Assembly: GCA_963713975.1 (NCBI GenBank)
Contig: OY970218.1
Location: 416,001-480,000 of the forward strand
DNA: 64,000 nt
DNA from: an uncultured Chloroflexia bacterium
GTDB lineage: Bacteria; Chloroflexota; Limnocylindria; Limnocylindrales; CSP1-4
Direction of reading: 5' to 3'
Shown here: piece after piece, positions 59,589 to 64,000 of the stretch
Layout: each line of letters opens with the position of its first letter
Numbering within the stretch: the stretch's first letter is position 1
Position numbers and translations under genes: made by a program
The notes under the pieces: model-generated
The model's database searches: none
The model's input: only the letters and a program-made list of their open reading frames with translations
Told to the model about the DNA's origin: nothing

Positions 59589-59591
59589 TGG

Positions 59592-61601
59592 TCAGAGGTT
59601 GAGGCGCGCCAGGCCGGCAGCGGCCACCTGGGACCCATCGAGGGACCGGCTCACCGCCTCCCGGTACGCGGCCGCTGCGGACATGCGGTCACCGCCCGAC
59701 TCGTAGGCCTCCCCCAGTGCGATCAGGAGATCCCGGCAGCGGTCCCGAAGAAGCGCCCGGCGCTCCTCGCTGAGGGCACTGTCGCCGTAGTAGGGACAAT
59801 CGTCGAGATACTCGCCCCGGTAGAGGCGTCGTGCCTCCTCGAGGAGCCCGATCCTGGAGACGCGATCGCCGGTGGTGGCGGCCGCGTCGAGCGCCGCCAG
59901 GAACGCGTCCACGTCGGACCAGGCGACGATCGTGTCATCGAGCCGGTAGCGATCGCTGGCGAACTGGACCGCGGAGCGACCACCCTTGCGGTGCGCCGGG
60001 TCCAGGGACGATCTCAGACCCCCCATCGTCCGGTGGAAGGCGAGGTCGGCTCGCTCGAGATCGACGTCCGGCCAGATGAGCTCGAGGACCTCGTCCTTGG
60101 CCACACCGCGTTCGCCGCGGTCAAAGAGGAACGCAAACAGGCCCTGTGCCTGCCGACTGCCCGCCTTGTCCCCGCCCCAACGCTCGATCCGTGACCCGCC
60201 GCGCTCCACCCGCAGCGGTCCGAGGGCGTGGACCCGCAGGCCCGGCAGATCGCCCCTTCGCTCGACCAGCGCCGTGTGCAGGGCCTCCGCGTGGGAGTCG
60301 ACGGCTGCACGGGCCTCCGCGAGCTGGGCGAGCTCGGCCACCTGCTCGTCCTCCCGACGGCCGGTCCGCAGGGCGCTCGCCACGTACGACGCGGACAGCT
60401 CCAGGAGGCCGATGTCGTGAGCGCCCAGCGGAACCCCGGAGGTCGTCGCGCCAACGCGCAGCTCTCCGACTCGTTCGCTGCCTTCCAGGAGCGGGATTGC
60501 CGTGATCGCGTCATCGTCTGGAAGCACCCCCTCCGACGCGAGCAGGGACCCGTCCGCAGCGGTGACCGCGAGCCCGGTCACGTCCAGAGCCCGGCTGACA
60601 TGCGCGAGCGCCGGCTTGACGCCGGCGGCGGACGGGCTGGCTGCAAGCTCCCGCTCGTCGAGGGCCCGCAGCAGCCGGTCCCGTGCGAGCGCGTCCCAGT
60701 CGCCGCCGATGATCCGACGCCTGACCCTGGAACCGATGGGCCCATAGAGCGCGGCGATGACGACCAATCCCAGGGCGGGGAAGAAGGGGCCGTAGAGGCC
60801 CAGGACGTTCGAGCTCACGACCTGGATCGCGAGGAGCACGGCAATCAGCGCGACCACGACGAGAGCACCGACGACCGAGCTTCGGAAGGCGCGGGCCGAG
60901 ACCGACGGGCCGAAGAAGATGCCTGCGGCGAAGACGGCGTACGCCGCGCACACGACCGACAGCGTGATGAAGGAGGTCCCGACCCAGGGATCCGCGTCCC
61001 CGACCACGGGGAGGAAGCGCAGGCTGGCACCGAGCCCGGCGAGGGCGACCGTGGCGAGAGCCGCCCTGAGCTGGCGCAGCCGGAGCGCGGCGGCGTCTGG
61101 GGCACGCATGGCCTGCAGCAGCCATCCCGCCGCAAGGGCGATCGCGACAAGGCGCGCGACGATCCATCCCCAGCCGAACAGCTCACCTGGGACGGGGCCC
61201 AGGGAGAAGTGCGGTGGTTCGATCCGCACCGTCGGCTCGATGCGCAGGATGGTCGGGAGCGCGAACGCGAGCAGGACCAGGTAGACCGTGACCACCAGGG
61301 AGAGCTGCCGACGCGCGGGCCGGCCCTCGGTCGCCACCACCAGTGCGAACAGGGTCAGTGTCCCGAGCGCCAGCGCCGCCGAGAGGTCCTCGATGGACCG
61401 GGCGACGACGGAGACGTCGGCGGACGTCGTCAGGCGCTGGACGACGATGCTGCAGCTCCACGTCGCAGACAGGAGTGCGAGCCCCGTGAACACACGACCG
61501 ACCAGCAGGTGCGAGCGCGTGGCAACGGTCAGGGCAAGCCAGGTCGCCAGCAGGGCGGACAGCGCCTGCGCCTCGACCTCCAGCATCGTCGGCCCGTCCA
61601 T
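59592..61601 (-). CDS. Polytopic membrane sensor fused to GAF-like, winged-helix and BTAD domains (SARP-type transcriptional activator)
   Basis: About 8-9 N-terminal TM segments; GAF-like IPLLEGSERVGELRVG...DIGLLE; LRVHALGPLRV...KDEVLELIWPD...LRSSL (wHTH); DVDAF...LYRGEYL (BTAD). Start between 61586 and 61640. Confidence 0.88.
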   Translation of the reverse strand: MDGPTMLEVEAQALSALLATWLALTVATRSHLLVGRVFTGLALLSATWSCSIVVQRLTTSADVSVVARSIEDLSAALALGTLTLFALVVATEGRPARRQLSLVVTVYLVLLAFALPTILRIEPTVRIEPPHFSLGPVPGELFGWGWIVARLVAIALAAGWLLQAMRAPDAAALRLRQLRAALATVALAGLGASLRFLPVVGDADPWVGTSFITLSVVCAAYAVFAAGIFFGPSVSARAFRSSVVGALVVVALIAVLLAIQVVSSNVLGLYGPFFPALGLVVIAALYGPIGSRVRRRIIGGDWDALARDRLLRALDERELAASPSAAGVKPALAHVSRALDVTGLAVTAADGSLLASEGVLPDDDAITAIPLLEGSERVGELRVGATTSGVPLGAHDIGLLELSASYVASALRTGRREDEQVAELAQLAEARAAVDSHAEALHTALVERRGDLPGLRVHALGPLRVERGGSRIERWGGDKAGSRQAQGLFAFLFDRGERGVAKDEVLELIWPDVDLERADLAFHRTMGGLRSSLDPAHRKGGRSAVQFASDRYRLDDTIVAWSDVDAFLAALDAAATTGDRVSRIGLLEEARRLYRGEYLDDCPYYGDSALSEERRALLRDRCRDLLIALGEAYESGGDRMSAAAAYREAVSRSLDGSQVAAAGLARLNL

Positions 61602-61815
61602 CGATGGCCCTCGAGCACCTGCCGGTCCATGCGTGGACACTCTCGCGGAGGCGACGGAGCCGGCCGGGTGATCGATGGTGGGCCCGGCCCAGGAGACGGT
61701 CAGCGCGCCTGCGGCGGTCGTCGCGCGGGAACGGTACGCCCTTCGGGTAGCGGATACAACGGCCGACCGGACGGCACTTCCACACTTCGGTAGCGGCGAC
61801 TACCATCTCGCGATC

Positions 61816-63489
61816 ATGGAGACCCTGCTCGACCTCCTCGAGGGCAGCGCCGCGCGGTACGGGGACAGCAACGCGCTCGGCCTCCGTCTGGACGATGGCA
61901 GCACGACCCACTGGAGCTATCGCGAGATGCTGCGCCGCAGCCGGATCACCGCGTGGCGGCTCCGTGCGGCCGGCCTCCAGCCTGGCGACCGCGTCCTGAC
62001 CTGGTCGCCGTCCACGCCGGCGTTGCCGGCCGCCTACTTCGGCGTCATGTACGCGCGCCTCATCTATGCACCGCTCGACTCGCGGATGTCCAGCGATGCC
62101 ATCACCAACATCATCTCGGCGTCGGGCGCGACCCGGCTGCTCCTGGGTTCCGGCCGGGATGCTCCCGACCCGGGGGAGGTGGGTCTGGAACGCTTCCCCA
62201 CGACCTTGATCGAGGACCTGTCCTCGGATCCGGACGACACGTTCCCGCTCGACTGGGAGGCGCAGGTCGCGGCCTGGCATCGGCCGGCCACGGACGACAC
62301 GTTCCAGCTGGTGTTCACCTCCGGCACGACCGGCAACCCCAAGGGCGTGATGCTCACCCACGGTGCCGTCCTGGCCGGCGTGAGCTCCTTCCACCGGATC
62401 CTGAACCCGATGGAGCACCGGATCGTCTCGCTGCTGCCGCTCTCGCACTCGCTCGAGCAGGCGGTCTCGCTGTTCTACGGCATGGACGTCGGCGCCGACA
62501 CCGTGTACGTCCGGAGCCGGAGCCCGCGGGTCATCTTCGAGACGCTGCGGGAGCATCGCGTCACGACGATGCTCCTGGTCCCACAGCTGCTGGACCTGTT
62601 CTGGAGCGCCGTCGAGCGCGAGGTGGAGAAGCAGGGCCGGACGGCGACATTCAACCGGATGCGGCAGGTGGCACGGTGGCTGCCGTACGGCGCCCGGCGC
62701 GTCCTGTTCCGGAGCGTCCACCAGCAGCTCGGCGGCGGCGTGCGCCTGTTCGCCACGGCCGGGGCGTTCCTGCCGCCCGCGCTCCAGCAGGCGTGGGAGG
62801 ACCTGGGCGTGATCGTCCTCCAGGGGTACGGCTCCACGGAGACGGCGGCGGGCTGCTGCACCACGATGGACGACCACCCGCTGGGCTGCGTGGGCTGGCC
62901 GCCGAAGCCGATCGAGATGCGCATCGCCGACGACGGTGAGATCCAGTTCAGCGGTCCGAACGTGTTCAAGGCGTACTGGAACAACCCCGAGGCGACGGCC
63001 GCGGCCTTCACCGCGGACGGCTGGTACAAGTCCGGCGACCTGGGCCGGCTGGACGAGAAGGGGCGGCTCCACCTTCAGGGGCGCAAGAAGGACATCATCG
63101 TGCTGCCCAACGGGTTCAACGTGTACCCGGAGGACCTCGAGAACGCGTTGCGCGTTGCCGGGATCCGGGACTCCGTGGTGGTCGAGACGAGCCCCGGACG
63201 CATCGAGGCCGTCGTGCTCGCGCCCGCGACCCACGGGGCGCCCGGCGACACGTCGGCGACGCCGGCGATCGACGGCGTCCAACCCGAGGAGACCCGCAGG
63301 GCGATCGACACGGCCGTCAAGCAGGCGAACGGCGCACTGGGGCCGAGCCAGCGGATCGCGGGCTGGCGCCTGTGGCCCGAGGCGGACTTCCCGCGGACAC
63401 ACACGTTCAAGGTCAAGCGCGACCAGGTGCGGGCGTGGGCCGCGGTCGGGGCGCCGTTGCCGGTGGACGAGGACGGGCCAGCCGTCTAG
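61816..63489 (+). CDS. Long-chain acyl-CoA synthetase-like AMP-binding enzyme
   Basis: FTSGTTGNPKGVMLTH, LLPLSH, QGYGSTE, GWYKSGDLG, GRKKD, NVYPEDLE, FPRTHTFKVKR. Confidence 0.92.
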   Translation: METLLDLLEGSAARYGDSNALGLRLDDGSTTHWSYREMLRRSRITAWRLRAAGLQPGDRVLTWSPSTPALPAAYFGVMYARLIYAPLDSRMSSDAITNIISASGATRLLLGSGRDAPDPGEVGLERFPTTLIEDLSSDPDDTFPLDWEAQVAAWHRPATDDTFQLVFTSGTTGNPKGVMLTHGAVLAGVSSFHRILNPMEHRIVSLLPLSHSLEQAVSLFYGMDVGADTVYVRSRSPRVIFETLREHRVTTMLLVPQLLDLFWSAVEREVEKQGRTATFNRMRQVARWLPYGARRVLFRSVHQQLGGGVRLFATAGAFLPPALQQAWEDLGVIVLQGYGSTETAAGCCTTMDDHPLGCVGWPPKPIEMRIADDGEIQFSGPNVFKAYWNNPEATAAAFTADGWYKSGDLGRLDEKGRLHLQGRKKDIIVLPNGFNVYPEDLENALRVAGIRDSVVVETSPGRIEAVVLAPATHGAPGDTSATPAIDGVQPEETRRAIDTAVKQANGALGPSQRIAGWRLWPEADFPRTHTFKVKRDQVRAWAAVGAPLPVDEDGPAV

Positions 63490-63941
63490 CGGACGCGTCC
63501 CTCGCGCATCAGGGCGATCGCCTTCTGCACGCGGCGCGACCTCGTCTCCGGGTTGCTGGTCCCCTCGACGCTCAGCGTGAACACGCGCCTGTTGCTGTAG
63601 GAGAGTCCGTCGAAGAAGGCCTTGGCCGCGGGGTCGGCGTCGAGAGCGGTGGCCAGCTCCGGGGGGACCTCCAGCTCGCGCGGAGCCATATCCAGCTCGA
63701 GCGTGACCTGGACCTCGTCTCCCGCCTTGAGGCCCGACGCCTCCCGCTGGTCCGAGTTGACACCCACCCACCATGCACCGCCCATGGGCGCGACGGTGGA
63801 CCGATAGGTGTAGCCGTTCAGGGTGACCACGACGGCCGGGCGCTTGCTGCCGCCCAGGCCAAGCACCGCGGCTTCGGGCACCTCAATGCCGCACGCGGTC
63901 TTGCCCGTCTGCTGGATCGTGGCACGGAAGGCCTGGGTCAT
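63486..63941 (-). CDS. DUF1905 + YdeI/OmpD-associated domain protein
   Basis: GIEVP, VTLNGYTYRST, GLKAGD, VPPELATAL..DPAAKAFF..LSYS, PETRSRRV. Confidence 0.88.
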   Translation of the reverse strand: MTQAFRATIQQTGKTACGIEVPEAAVLGLGGSKRPAVVVTLNGYTYRSTVAPMGGAWWVGVNSDQREASGLKAGDEVQVTLELDMAPRELEVPPELATALDADPAAKAFFDGLSYSNRRVFTLSVEGTSNPETRSRRVQKAIALMREGRVR

Positions 63942-64000
63942 CGGTGGACGGGCGTCCCCAGCGACCCCAGGACGGCGGCCATGTCCGCGACCCGCGGGTC
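63938..64000 (-). CDS. C-terminal end of a gene entering from beyond the window
   Basis: Open frame DPRVADMAAVLGSLGTPVHR* whose TGA overlaps the next ATG (ATGA). Confidence 0.5.
   Translation of the reverse strand, partial: DPRVADMAAVLGSLGTPVHR

Overview
Very GC-rich (roughly 70%+ by eye) bacterial chromosomal segment, most likely Chloroflexota and possibly Ca. Limnocylindria/Ellin6529. This assignment is an inference from the small SWIM protein, the gene order and the many leaderless genes. The window is mostly housekeeping and metabolic: thrC/hom, trpS, surE, a cobalamin-riboswitch-controlled BtuFCD-type transporter, manC/manB, a PotABCD polyamine transporter, a SAM-cycle run (apt, mtnA-like, GNAT, ahcY, S9 peptidase, metK), pth-mfd, rpsU-yqeY-pgpH-ybeY and DUF485-actP. 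I found no tRNA, rRNA, CRISPR array or transposase. The best candidates for undescribed systems are: (1) a polytopic membrane sensor fused to GAF-like and SARP-type wHTH-BTAD domains, followed by four direct repeats with an exact 11-bp period and then an ECF sigma factor with no anti-sigma; (2) a tandem pair of PYROXD2-like flavoproteins and a GcvT-like gene that share a TGCAT-N7-ATGCA operator and flank a hydroxylysine kinase/phospho-lyase-type fusion, possibly for modified-lysine or N-methylamine catabolism; (3) an MtnA homolog that has lost its catalytic residues; (4) a secreted metzincin-like protein with DExxH instead of HExxH; (5) an ASCH-GNAT fusion; and (6) an exact 184-bp inverted duplicate of a dead LLM-oxidoreductase fragment 47 kb apart. 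All family calls come from motif recognition, not database searches.
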